From: the human T2T-CHM13v2.0 reference genome, Homo sapiens
Assembly (NCBI RefSeq): GCF_009914755.1
Contig: NC_060931.1
DNA: 64,000 nt
Strand: one strand, 5' to 3'
A program made the translations under genes and the position numbers. How positions within the stretch are numbered: position 1 is the first letter of the stretch; the number at the start of each line of letters is the position of its first letter. Positions 26,045-39,711 of this stretch are shown here, piece by piece. The notes beneath the pieces were generated by a model. It worked only from the letters and a program-made list of their open reading frames with translations. It was not told where the DNA came from and did not search any database.

Positions 26045-26290
26045 AGTCTGAAACACTGGTAAAGACTGCCGATCCTGGTGTGAGTCAGACTAGGTTTGAT
26101 TCCAGGCTGTACCACTTACCAGTTATAAGACTTACAGCATATAAATTTAATTCTCTGTGCCTCAGTTTTCTATTTGTAAAAATGGGTAATGACACCTATC
26201 TCACTAACTTGTGAGAATTAACACATGTAAAATGTTTATAATACTCCCCAATTTACAGTAAATGTTCAAAAACACAAGCTACTATTATTT
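26045..26290 (+). mobile_element. MIR SINE
   Basis: gagtcagactaggtttgattccaggctgtaccacttaccag...ctctgtgcctcagttttctatttgtaaaaatggg. Confidence 0.8.
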
Positions 26291-27138
26291 GGGTTATGTC
26301 AAAATAGCCTAATACATTCTCCATTCCTTTATTTTCTGATGAAAGAGTAAATTCCAGAATAGAAAAATTTCTCTAGCCAACGATTTCATGCTCAAATTCA
26401 CTGATACGCTGCAGTAATTCATTCAACACATGTTTGAGTTCCTTCTACATGTAAGGCATTGTGCTTGGCACTGGCCATCTTGTTCTGAGGTAGGGGCCAA
26501 ATGAATGTGGACAAGTTATGCAACTTCACCATAAGAGGCATTCTATAATAGGTGATTAATTCTGTTTCAGTCTGAGAAATGGCTTGGATCTCACAGTTTC
26601 TCTAGGGGTCTCTCCCTTTATCAGGCCAATCTAAGACCCAGCAGTGCTGATTCCCTTAAATAATGATTGGCAAGGTCTTCTAACACCCAAGCATTGATCA
26701 AATGCTGAATAAAATAACCCTGGATGGTCAGCAACAGAATACACTGGTCATTATTTCTCTACTAGAAGCATAAGCTTATCTTTAGACATGCAGGCTCTCC
26801 AAAATGGCTATGATCAGCTCGGTTGTTAAAAACATGCCTATTTAGTGAGTTGTTAAACTCTTTGATCCCCATTATAACCTCCAAGGACCTATCAATCTAT
26901 ATGCTGTTCTGTTTTATAGTTATTATTATTCTTGAGCAATGAGCATTTGGCATCTGAGAGCTCTGGAACTCTGTCTTTTTGAATATAATAGCACAGACTT
27001 GAAAGTAAAAACCTGCTTGCTATTCTGAAAGCCTCTTCTTGCTGGTTGCCCAAGTCACCACTACAACTTTTTTCTCAGCAGGCAAAAAGCCCTGATTACC
27101 TTTTGTAGGAGAAAAAGGATTAGTCTAGGAAAACTCAC

Positions 27139-27268
27139 CACTTTTGTTTTCATCTCGGAGACTGCATATCGTGAATTGCGTAAGTCACTGAGACGAATAA
27201 ATCATTGAGAGAAGCTAATCAATGTCCCTGGAAGTTTATATTTCATCTTCTCTTAGATATCTGGTGTG
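27139..27268 (-). other. Candidate 130-nt exon ending ATG AAA ACA AAA GTG (phase 0)
   Basis: tgtgttatttcag|CACACC...AAAAGTG|gtgagt; splice-motif evidence only. Confidence 0.25.
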
Positions 27269-27677
27269 CTGAAATAACACAGGGTTTCCTACACCTTAGC
27301 CTCATTTATTTTCAGCATCAGAAGGACCCTTAATGACAGGGCCTTTATGAAGCATTAGAAAATTCCAGGGCCAATAGATATTCTGAACAGAAAGTGCTGA
27401 CTTGAAAATTCCCTAAACTGAGGATTGCTGCCGTTACAGCTGCATGAGCTCTGACATTAGTTGTTGGTAAAGTGCATGGGGTCAGGGTTCACCATGACCT
27501 TTTCTTCAGCTAGAAGAGTAAGGGATGACTGACCACAGATACAACCCAGATACTGTGGTACTGCCCAAGTATCCAGTTCACAGAGATCCTGCAGTGCTCA
27601 CAGCTGCTCACTTCCTATTGGGTTGGCCATGGAACCCATGGGTATAAATCCTTTCTGTTTTCGTTTCCCTGCTGCAG

Positions 27678-27850
27678 GTAGTAGTTCTTAAAAGTTCAGG
27701 AGGAAAGGGTTCCCTTTAAGGGTCTGATGAAGCTTTGCACTTTCTTTTTAGAAATATGCGCATATGGAGAATATCTTGAGTACAACTTCAGGGAATTTGA
27801 AGACTTTCTGAAGTCCATCTCAGCACCCCGTGGGGTCCAAACCTCACAGG
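27678..27850. mobile_element. MER117-like MITE
   Basis: ccctttaagggtctgatgaagctttgcac...agaaatatgcgcata...caacttcagggaatttgaagactttctgaagtccatc. Confidence 0.55.
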
Positions 27851-28751
27851 TATGTTGTTTGAACAAGTACAGTTTCTGGAATTTATTTTTATGGTTTTCA
27901 CATCATATCCTTTCCTAAAGTGACCCCTTTTCTTACAGAATCTGGAACTCTTGTCTTAGAAAAACTACAAGCAGAGACTCCTAAGCAAAGCTTGGTGTCT
28001 AAATTCCTCTTCCCCACTTTATTTTTCCCCAGTTAGGTTTTTTCAAAAACTTTTTAATATGGAAAATTTCAAACATATAAAATAGTATAACAAATCCCCA
28101 TGAGCTCATGAACTGATTCAACAATTACCAGCTTATGGCCAATTTGATTTCATTTACATCTATACCTCTCCTCATATTATTTCATCAGTTAGTTACTGAA
28201 GTATGACATACGTTCTTTCCTTATTATCTTGAATCAAAACCTATATACTAATTCATTTATAAATACCTTATTTACATAAGAAATCATGCAAATTATAAGA
28301 AAAGCTACAGTACCATTTTCAAACCTAAAAACATCGAGCAATTCCTCATATCATCATACAGTGTTCATATTTCCAATGATCTTATAAATGTTATTAAAGT
28401 GTTTTAATGGTTCATTTGATTATATCAGAATTCAAGTAAAATTTCCATGTTATGATTTCTTGGTATGTTTCTGAAGTCACTTTTAATCTATGAATTCTCT
28501 CTCCTTTCTTTCTGCTTGTAATTTACTTGTTGAAGACACAAGGTTGTTTTTCCTATAGAATCTCCTTGAGTTGGGGTTTTGCTGGTTGCATCCCCATGGT
28601 GTAGCTTAGTATATTTCTTGCATATGCTTTTCTTCTGACTGTATTTCCCATAAATTATTAGCTGGATCTAGCTTTCTTGGATTTAAGTTTGATTTGTTTG
28701 TTGAGGCTATTTCATCAAAGTGGTGGTTTGTATTTCTATCAGGAGTTATCT

Positions 28752-29059
28752 ATCTATTTATTTATTTATTTATTTTGAGACAGAGTCTCACTCTGTCCCC
28801 CAGGCTGGAGTGCAGTGGTGCCATCTCAGCTCACTGCAACCTCGCCTCCCAGGTTGAAGAGATTCTTCTGCCTCAGCCTCCCAAGTAGCTGGGATTACAG
28901 ATGCACACCACCACGCCCAGCTAATTTTTTTGTATTTTTATTAGAGACAGGGTTTCACCATGTTGGCCAGGCTAATCTTGAATTCCTGACCTCAGGTGAT
29001 CCACCCACCTCAGCCTCCCAGAGTTTTGGGACTACAGGTGTGAGCCACTGTGCCTGGCC
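28752..29059 (-). mobile_element. AluSx
   Basis: Full dimer with (TTTA)n tail; TSD tat(c/a)aggagttatct. Confidence 0.95.
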
Positions 29060-29224
29060 TTATAAGGAGTTATCTCTAATTGTGAGATGTTAGCAGCTAT
29101 TGTTAATCCATTAGTTCATGAAAGGTTGCAAAATAGTACTATTATAATTCTATCATCTCTTCTTTATTTATTAGCTATAACACTTACTCAAAGAGCTATT
29201 TTCTTGCATTTCCTATTTTGTTGC

Positions 29225-29549
29225 TATTTTAGTCTGTTTTGGCTGCTATAACAAAATACCATATACTGGGTGGATTATAAACAACAGAAATTGATTTCTC
29301 ACATTTCTGGTGGCTGGGAAGTCCAAGACGAGAGTATCAGAAAATTCAATGTTTGGCGAGGGTCCACATAGTAGAAAAGGAGAGGAGTCTTTCTGTGGTC
29401 TCTTATAAGGGCACTAATCCAAACTCTTGAGGGTGGAGGCTTCTTAACCTAACCACCTCGCAAAACCCTCACCTCTTAACACCATCACCTTGGGAATTAG
29501 GATTTCAACCTGTGAATTCTAGGGGGACACAAACATTGAGACCATAGCA
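29225..29549 (-). mobile_element. MLT1A/A0 solo LTR
   Basis: agtctgttttggctgctataacaaaatacc...gggggacacaaacattgagaccatagca; TSD gttgc / gttac. Confidence 0.88.
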
Positions 29550-30439
29550 GTTACCCATTGGCATATAATATATAGGGAACCTGGGATAAATACTTGATTC
29601 TTTCTGTTTGTTTACCTATTTTCAAAATTATGAGTTGTCAATGTCTTGCATTCTCCAAAGGTGACCATGGATTTAAATGTATTTGATCAGTTTTAATCCA
29701 TTGCAGTTTTTATCTGAATTGACGCACTACTTAATCTATTTCTGGTCAGTTGGAGCCTCTTTATTTTGGTTCCTGAGTCCTTTTGAAATGACCATAGAAG
29801 TCTTTTGATAGTTTACTTGATATCTGTAGGACAAGATGTTCCCAGATCATCTTGTATATTTCTTGTCACAGAATCAGCCACTTCTCCGAAGACCTCTGGT
29901 TCTTTTCAGAGGGAAATTTTATATGGACACATTAATCTTACTTCTGGATGTGTTCATTGATTGAGCCAAGTCTGGATATGGGCTTTTAACATTCTAATAA
30001 ATTAATTGGTAAGAATATGTTTGGAGTACTGTTTAAATGATAAGACACACCTATCTTTTCTGTGATGTAATTAAAATATTATGGCCTTTTCTTGGTTATT
30101 ATATATGTCAAATTTTATATGATCATTATATTCTAGACTTACTGTTAGAAAACTTCAAAATGTCACCTAAGGAAACTCCAAAATTTAAATGTCAGAGGAT
30201 GGTCCAGTCCTATAAGTTATTACAAATGCTATTATCAGGTTATGGATCCCACTTATTAAATTTATTTAATATACTTACAACATCTAGTGATGCTGTTGAG
30301 AACTGCATCTTCAACAATTCCACAAGGTCAAACAGAGCCTACCCATTTTGGGATCTGCAATTAGATAGAAGCAATGACAAGGGAATTAGGAACTTGCACA
30401 TATAATTGCAAGTATTGAGAAGTGGTACAAATATGTGAT

Positions 30440-30720
30440 AAAAATTCAAGAACAATGTTGAGTACAAAGGTCACATTTAAGAAAGATATATATGGAATAA
30501 ATCAATACTTATAAATTTTAAAATACTCAACAGTATTGTATATTAGTTCAGGATGCACACAGATGCAATTAAAACTTAGAATATGAACAGGAAAGATGCA
30601 CAACTTTGGACTGCTGGTTACCTCTTAGGAAAGAGATAGGAAGAGAAAGAAATGAGATCAGGGAATGGTGCCAAAAGGACTTAATTACACCTGTAATACT
30701 TTATCTCTTTATTAAAAAAA
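30440..30720 (+). mobile_element. L1ME 3' end remnant
   Basis: aacaatgttgagtacaaagg...gctggttacctcttagga...tgtaatactttatctct. Confidence 0.55.
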
Positions 30721-32592
30721 ATTAGAGGAAAAGACAACAGAAAAAGTATGAAAGCCTCTGAATATATGAAATACAGGAAGCAGTTTGACTTATTAACCTA
30801 TGTGGTATGTGGCAAAGCAGTAATATTAAGCTTTCAGCCACCTGCCTGCTCCATTTTTTAAGGTAAAGAATATATATAATGTTTTCAAATGTGTGTGTAT
30901 GTATATATCCATATAGTTGAGAATTACTAAACTGCCTGAGTTTTGCGGCAGTATTCAGGTCAAGGAAACATGGGTCTTTATTTTTGCCAATAATATTTTA
31001 TTGCTGTAAAAATTACTAAATGCTAACTCTATCCTGAATCACTCAGCATATAACTACTGCAACACAAAAGGAACGAAAAGCACAACCCCAAACAGCACAT
31101 TCTGGCCAACATAACCAGTCTCCAACCTTCTCCTTTCAGCCTCTTTGCCTACATGACCTAGGAAAAAATTAAGATTTACCCAGGCAAGATGACCATTCTT
31201 AGTCCCTTTCAGCCCAGTGCTGGACCTCTTCAGTGATGCTCTTTCTAAGGGGGAAGAATGCTGTGGATGATGGCTACTATCCCTAGTCTTCTGGCACTTT
31301 TAATTGTGGATTTACCTTCTTCATTCCCTATTATCCTCTTCCTCCTGGTGAGGTTAGATGAGGCAGAAGAGTGTCCCCATGGATGTGAAATCAACCTGGG
31401 CATCTCTTTGATGAAAGTGGGGATGACAGCAACCCAGAAATGCAAAGATCTCTGATTCTCAAGGAAATCACAAGTTTCCTTGAGAGGGCGTCTCAGAATT
31501 GTCAACAGAAAATTCTGCTGACTACCTACTTGATAGGATGGGATGCATTGAGAGCAGTTTTCAGTTCACCCAGAATCCAATCCCACAGATCCCTGGGACT
31601 CTTCCAGTTTTCCATTCTGTTTCCTAGTTTGCTTTTTGTGTTCTCTATCACCCTTCGCATATTTCTCCCCTTGCCTTAGTGTATTTTAGAGGAATATATT
31701 ATATTGGGAATATCTTATATGAAACTCAAGCTGGTGTAGGTATGAAAAAGAGGGTAGTGTAGAAATGGGGTGAGTCTCTACAATCAGAAAATCAATGAAA
31801 TAAAAGCAGATAGGAAAAAGAACAAGATTAGGAACAAGAGAATGAGAGCTGCTTAGAAATGGAAGAGTGGAGATTCAGGGGGAATCAATATTCTCTGTAA
31901 GTTTTTGAAAAATAATAAAATGTATTTATGTATTGCTCATATGATACAAATTTAGTACAATTTATTAAGAAATAGGGAAGATGAGGAAAGATAAGAGAAA
32001 TAGAGGGAAAGAAGAGAAGCAATGATATCATAACAATGTAATAAAACACTTCTGGTGGCAGGGCAGGGCAGGAAGCAGTTTGGGGTCAACGAGAACAGTG
32101 CAATTACAAAATACTCCACTCATGTATACATGGCCTAAGTGATGAAGCCAAGAATAAAACCCAGATTTCCCAATTCCTGGCCCTGGGCCTTATGTATTAA
32201 ATCATGTTGCCTCTGCTGTCAGATAATCATCTTGCATCTGGAACATAAATACAGCCAATTCAAATATGCATCTTGATCTTATCATGTGGTTAGCAATCCA
32301 CACTGTTATTACTGTCAATAGGACTGCATCCCATTAATACCATGTTCACTTTTTGGCTACAGAGCTAGTGGCATAAGGTGGATAAATACAATATAGAATG
32401 TGGTCAAAGAAAATCACCCTCATTCCAAATACTACAAGATATAAGAGGAAGCTCCCAGGTAGAGCTACTGTGGAGAATCTTCAGGAAGCCACATGGAAAA
32501 TCTGGGAAAATTTATTTTAAATAAAGATGTATTCTGTAATACGTCTTTACTTGATAACTCTAAATCAGGTGGGATTTGAAAAAGTGTAGTGA

Positions 32593-33054
<462 letters not shown>

Positions 33055-33243
33055 TAGTTGTTACAAAGACTGAAGGACTGATTATCAGAATTAGTTATTT
33101 GATGTATGATGAGTTATCAGCATCAATGTGGATTTTGACACTGAATCAATGGAAGAACAAACTCTACAGCTTGTGCTTCTCCAAATGCATTGACCTCATG
33201 TTCAAAATGCTAGATTGTCTCAACAACCTAAACTACAATTTGG

Positions 33244-33739
33244 ACATCCATGTTCATAGCAGCATTATTCACAGTAGCCAAAAGGTAGAAGCAACCCAAG
33301 TATCCAAGAATGGATAAGTGGATAAACAAAATCTGACATATACATACAATGGAATATTATTCAGCCTTAAAACGGAAGAAAATTTTGGGGCATGCTACAA
33401 CATGGATGGACCTTGACAACGTTATGCTAGGTGAAATAAGTCATACGCAAAAGGACAAATATTGTATGATTCCATTTAAATGAGGTATCTAGAATCCAAG
33501 GCAAATTCATAGAGACAGAAAGTAGGATGGTGGTAGCCAGGGATTGAGGGAGGGGAGGAACAAGAAATTCATGTTTAATAAGTACATACTTTCAGCTGGA
33601 ATAGATGAAAATGTTCTGGGGACGGATGGTGGTGATGGTTTCACAAAAATGTGATATACTTAATACTGCTGAACTATATATTTTAAAAATGGTTAAAGTG
33701 ATACATTTTTTCTTACATATAAATTACCATAATAAAAAT
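33244..33739 (+). mobile_element. L1MB 3' end
   Basis: catgttcatagcagcattattcacagtagccaaaagg...aaggacaaatattgtatgattcc; TSD-like aaactacaatt / aaactacattt. Confidence 0.88.
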
Positions 33740-33883
33740 CACCAAACTACATTTTATCAATCACTTTAAATTCAAATCTATTGTATACGCCCTTGGGTTT
33801 CCACAGGAAATCTGATTTAGTTATTTCTGATATTGATATTCACATTACAATAGTTTCTTGATAGGTGCACCACCTTTGAAGTA

Positions 33884-34228
33884 CAGTCATGTATCACTTA
33901 ACAATGGGGATATGTTCTGAGAAATGCAATGTGTGTGATTTTGTCGTTGTGCAAACATCATAGTGTACTTACACAAACCTAGATGGAATAACCTACTACA
34001 CATCTAGGCTATATGATTAACTTATTGCTCTTAGGCTACAAACCTGTACAGCATGTTACTATACCAAACACTATAGGCAATTGTAACACAGTGGTTATAT
34101 ATTTGTGTATCTAAACATATCTAAATATAGAAAAGGTACAGTCAAAAGACAGTATTATAATCTTATGGGACCACTATCATATATGTGGTTCATCACTGAC
34201 CAAAGCATGGTTATGTAACACATGACTG
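33884..34228 (+). mobile_element. Tigger3a (MER7A), full length
   Basis: TA-cagtcatgt...acatgactg-TA; internal cacaaacctagatgg and ggctacaaacctgtacagcatgttact. Confidence 0.92.
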
Positions 34229-34889
34229 TACTTGCTTAAGCAAAGGAAACCAAACCTAATCTATCTCAAAAGAGAAGCTGTATGTTGGATCACAGTTGGT
34301 ACAATCTGGTATAATCTGGATTACCACATAGCATGCCAATATCAGGGAAGGTAAAATTAACATGATATAATGTTATAAAATAGTCTGCTTTTGAAGTTGA
34401 TGCCTGAAAATGCTATTTCTGAAGATCAAATGAGAATCTCTGCAGGTGGTCATTGCAAATAGTTTGGGCATTTCATCCTCTGGCTGCAGCTATATGCATC
34501 TCTTCTCATCAATGCTCCTTTGGGATATTTTTGGATTAAAAAGATTATTTGGATGAAATTATGTCCTGAAAGCTGATTGACCCTCAGTAACTGTGTAAGC
34601 TAGAAGGGCTGTCATGAAGAGATTGCCTCTTCTAGAGGGCCTGGCTACCCCTGCAGCCACTGGAACCACCATCAGTCTGGGTTTGATGTAGGCTGAGGAA
34701 GGCTGACATTATCTTCTGGTTTTGATTCAAGCAAACGTCCTTGGTAGACTCTAATCACTGCCTGAGAGTGTTATATGAGATGAGATGATATGAATACTAC
34801 CACCTCAGGAATTAGAAAACAAATAGAATCACAGTTTTTAGAACGTAACCAGTCCTCAAGGAATAATTTGGTGATGTCCTGACCACAGA

Positions 34890-35330
34890 TTCATTCATTC
34901 AGTCAGTCAGTTATCCAATTGTTATTAATCACCTGCTGAGTATTTAGGCACTGTGCTAGTCCAATCGAGTGGAGAGAAAATGACTGCCATAAAAACAATA
35001 TAATCAGTTTAAGAGAGGTATACAATTTAATAAAGATTCCAAGAGAGAGATTCTTTTTGATTGAAGAATTATGAAAAGTCTTCATGGAGATGGACACTGA
35101 ACGAGGAGAGAGTGTGAGAAGTCTATGCTAGCATGTCCAATAAGGAAGAATGCATGGTGTTTGTCCAAGGATTAGCAAACACACCTATTGGACTGATGTA
35201 TATAGCACAAATTGGAAGAGGAAATATGGCTAGAAATTTAGGTTGGAATATAATATAGAATGTCATATTGAAGATTTTTGGGAAATACACAGTGTTTGTG
35301 AAAAGAGGAGTAATTACAACCAGAGGATAC
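34890..35330 (-). mobile_element. L2 LINE 3' end
   Basis: tcattcattcagtcagtcag...aggcactgtgctag. Confidence 0.65.
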
Positions 35331-35534
35331 CCAGGTTCTTACATCAAGGACCATCTAAAAAAGGGGTTAAAATTGATGGTAGCATGAAGAGTAAGTGCAT
35401 AAAATGGACATTACTTTTTTTTAATAAATAGTATTTTTTTGATTGCCTCTCACTGGGTTGCACAGTCTGTCCACTGATGTGAACGTTACATGTGGAACCT
35501 ACTGACCATTGTTTTCACAAAACTTCCTTTAAAG

Positions 35535-35697
35535 CAGGGCTTCTCAACATTTTAAAATGCATACAAATCACCTGACATTCTTGTTAAATTTGAGATTCTG
35601 ACTCAGTAGTCTGGGGTGGAGCCATAGATTCTGGATTTCTGAAAAGCTTTGAGGTGCTGCTGCTGCTGTTCCTGGGAGGACATCTTAATTAGCCAGA
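35535..35697 (+). mobile_element. MER5A1 MITE
   Basis: cagggcttctcaac...ttctgactcagtagtctggggtgg; perfect 8-bp TSD ctttaaag (35527-35534 / 35698-35705). Confidence 0.88.
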
Positions 35698-36609
35698 CTT
35701 TAAAGTCTTAAGTTTTCACAACCATTTCATCAAAAGACACAGCTTTTGGACACTGTGCTCCTGGGGCACATAACCATTTCTACTGTACCCACGACTGCTT
35801 CCTGTCCCCACTCCAAGCCCAGGATCACCATTATTTAAGGCCCATATCAGGAAAATTAATTGAGTTTTGAGAATAGAGTAGGGAGAGCCTGACATTGGGG
35901 ACTGCAGTCTAGGTGAGATGACAAAGGCCTCTTGATGAAGAGAAACATATATAACATGGGGTGCTTGGAAGAAGTGAGACTCTTCTGACTTATGGTATGA
36001 TCCATCTGAGATTTATAACAATTTTTAAAATTAGATTAGCAAGTACACACGAACTACTAAGCTAATGAGCCCTCACCACCTGCCTGTTCCACCTCTGGTT
36101 GCAGGTAGCCTGTGAACAGGCTTGGATCAATTAGTCAATATAATTGAAGCCAAATGTAATTAATTATATAATTTCTGGCTGTCCAAGTTTAATTCACTAA
36201 ATCACATTATGAAACTAGGGCATTATGAAGGATTAGTGAGAAAAGGGAAACGGGCTTGAGTAAAGCTCTCACAGGAGCTACAATGCATGTATTATTTCTT
36301 GAACTGCTATCCTTAGGAATGAAGCAGAGGCTCTAAACTCCCACTATTATTGATACAAAGCCATGTGTCTTGTACACTCATGGGTTTGTGATCAAGTGTC
36401 ACTAGTGTAAAAGCATAAAAAGTCTGTTATACCTGATGGGAGGGGCCACTGGTTAGGAGAAAGTTCAGGAGGAAGAGTCAGAAAGGCTGCTCACATTTTG
36501 ATATTTACAAAAAAAGCATCAACAGAAACATAGAAGGGAGGCAAAGAAGTTGATGTAGGAGTGAAGAGCATAAACCACGTTTTCTTAATTGCTTTCATTA
36601 CATAATTAA

Positions 36610-37048
36610 CACCATGGATTGAATTACACACTGCCCCTCCCATATACTGAAGTCCTCATTCCCAGAACTTGTGAATTCGATCATATTTGGAAACAGGATC
36701 TTTGCAGATGATCGAGTTAAGATGAGGTTATTATGATAGGCACCAGTCCAATATAACCGTGTCCTTATAAAAATGGGAAGTTTGGATACGGAGACAGATA
36801 CACAACAAGGGAAGAGGATGGGAAGACACCAGGAGAACACCCTGAACAAGCAAAGGATCCCTAAGGCTGCTGGCAGTTAAGAGAGAGGCACGGAATGGAG
36901 TGTCTCTCACAGCCCCAAGAAGGAACCAACCCTGACAGCACCCTGATTTCAGATTTCTAACCTTTGAAAATGTGAGGTAATAAATTTCTGTTGCTTAAGC
37001 CACCCAGTTTGTGGTACTTTCTTACAGCAGCCCCAGGAAACTCATACA
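36610..37048 (+). mobile_element. MLT1B/C solo LTR
   Basis: tatttggaaacaggatctttgcagatg...aataaatttctgttgcttaagccacccagtttgtggtacttt...ggaaactcataca. Confidence 0.88.
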
Positions 37049-37201
37049 AAAAATATATGATTAGTATTTAAAAATCCAACACTAGAGAAGTATAAAGTAC
37101 AGAAATAAAAGGGGAAACTTTTATCCTTATCTGATAGCATTAGGGGGTTGATATGTTTCTTTCCAGGTCTTTTATCTATTAATATGTATGTAAAGAACGT
37201 A

Positions 37202-37886
<685 letters not shown>

Positions 37887-37893
37887 AGTTACC

Positions 37894-38031
37894 TTTTTAT
37901 TTATTTATTTATTGTAAGAAATGGAGTCTTGCTATGTTGCCCAGGATAGCCGTGAACTCCTGGGTTAAGCAATCCTCCCATCTCAGGCTCCCGATTAGCT
38001 ATGACTATGGGCACATGCTACCATACCCAGC
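37894..38031 (-). mobile_element. FLAM-A/FAM monomer
   Basis: gtcttgctatgttgcccagg...gaactcctgggttaagcaatcctccc; degenerate TSD tgcagttacctttt / tgcaactacatttt. Confidence 0.85.
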
Positions 38032-38777
38032 TGCAACTACATTTTCAACATCATACTGGAAGTTCTAGATAATGCAACAAGACAAGAAAAGGAAATAAAA
38101 GATATACAGATGGGAAAGAAGAAATAAAACTGTCTTTCTTCACAGATGACATGATTGTCTCTGTAGAAAATCTTAAGTAATTGACAAAAAACCTCCATAA
38201 TAAGTGATTATAGCAAAGTTGCAGGATGTGAGGTTAATATACAAGTCAGTCACTTTCCTATATACCAGCAACGAACAAGTAAAATTTGAAATTAGAAACA
38301 TGATACCATTTATGTTAGGACCTCCAAAAATGAAGCAGTTAGGTATAAATCTAACAAAATATATACAAGATTTATATGAGAAAAACTACAAAACTCTGAT
38401 GAAGGAAATAAAAAAGGTTTTATAAATAAATGAAAAGACATACTATGTTCATAGGTAGGAAAACTCAGTTATTGTCAAGATATCAGTTTTTCTCACCTGA
38501 TATATACCTTCAATATAATCTCAATCAAAATCCCAGCAAGTTATTTTGTGGATGTTGACAAACTGTAAAATTTATATGGAAAGGCAAAAAGACCCAGGAT
38601 ACACAACACAATATTGACGGAGAGCAAATATTACCAACCTCAAGACATATTATAAAGCTGAAGTAATCAAGACACTATGGTATTGGTGAAAGAGTATGAA
38701 GAGATCAATGGAAAAGAGCAGAGAGCCCAGAAAGAGCCCCACATAAATATAATCAACTGATATTTGACAAAAGGGCA

Positions 38778-39476
38778 ATGTCAATACAATGGAGAAAATA
38801 CAGTCTTTCAACAAATGGTGCCAGAACAACCGGATATCCACATGCAAAAAGGATATCCACATGGGCAAAGGATATGAACAGACACTTCTCAAAAGAAGAC
38901 ATTTATGCAGCCAACAGACATATGAAAAAATGGTCATCATCACTGGTCATCAGAGAGATGCAAATCAAAACCACAAAGGGATACCATCTCACGCCAATTA
39001 GAATGATGATCATTAAAAATTCAGGAAACAACAAATGCTGGAGAGGATGTGGAGAAATAGCAACACTTTTACAAGGTTGGTGGGAGTGTAAAATAATTCA
39101 ACCATTGTGGAAGACAGTGTGGCAATTCCTCAAGGATCTAGAAATAGAAATACCATTTGACCCAGCAATCCCATTACTGGGTATATACCCAAAGGATTAT
39201 AAATCATGCTACTATAAAGGCACATTCACACATATGTTTATTGCAGCACTATTCACAATAGCAAAGACTTGGAACCAACCTAAATGTCCATCAATGATAG
39301 ACTGGATTAAGAAAATGTGGCACATATACACCATGGAATACTATGCAGCCATAAAAAAGGATGAGTTCCTGCCCTTTGCAGGGACATGGATGAAGCTGGA
39401 AACCATCATTGTAAGCAAACTATCACAAGGACAGAAAACCAAACACCACATGTTCTCACTCATAAGTAGGAGCTGA
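38778..39476 (+). pseudogene. 232-aa chimeric L1 ORF2 C-terminal reading frame (not a host gene)
   Basis: [23 protein letters not shown]...[32 protein letters not shown] is L1 ORF2p; zinc-knuckle LLHCWW replaced by LLQGWW. Confidence 0.9.
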
Positions 39477-39711
39477 ACAATGAGAACACAGGGACGCAGG
39501 GCAGGGAACATCACACACTGGGGCCTGTTGCGGGGTCGGGGACTGGGGGAGGGATAGCATTAGGAGAAATACCTAATGTAAATGATGAGTTGATGGGTGC
39601 AGCAAACCAACATGGCACATGTATACCTATATAACAAAATTGCATGTTGTGCACATGTACCCTAGAACTTAAAGTATAATAATACAAAAATCTTTTTCTT
39701 TTAAAAAAAAA
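38862..39711 (+). mobile_element. 5'-truncated L1PA5/6-type element
   Basis: ORF2 end plus 3'UTR gatgagttgatgggtgcagcaaaccaacatggcac...ccctagaacttaaagtataataa. Confidence 0.93.

Larger units (their letters stand above)
28045..29960 (-). mobile_element. L1MC4/5-type 3' region hosting an AluSx and an MLT1A
   Basis: ttaatatggaaaatttcaaacata...acaattaccagcttatggccaatttg...; resumes cctgagtccttttgaaatgacc...gacaagatgttcccagatcatcttg. Confidence 0.75.

Noticed and set aside
30037-30405. 122-aa ORF
   Set aside because: AT-rich, partly antisense L2, with no splice or homology support.
38778-39476. 232-aa ORF as a host protein-coding gene
   Set aside because: It is L1 ORF2p C-terminus from a truncated L1PA, with no EN/RT domains, no promoter and a mutated zinc knuckle.
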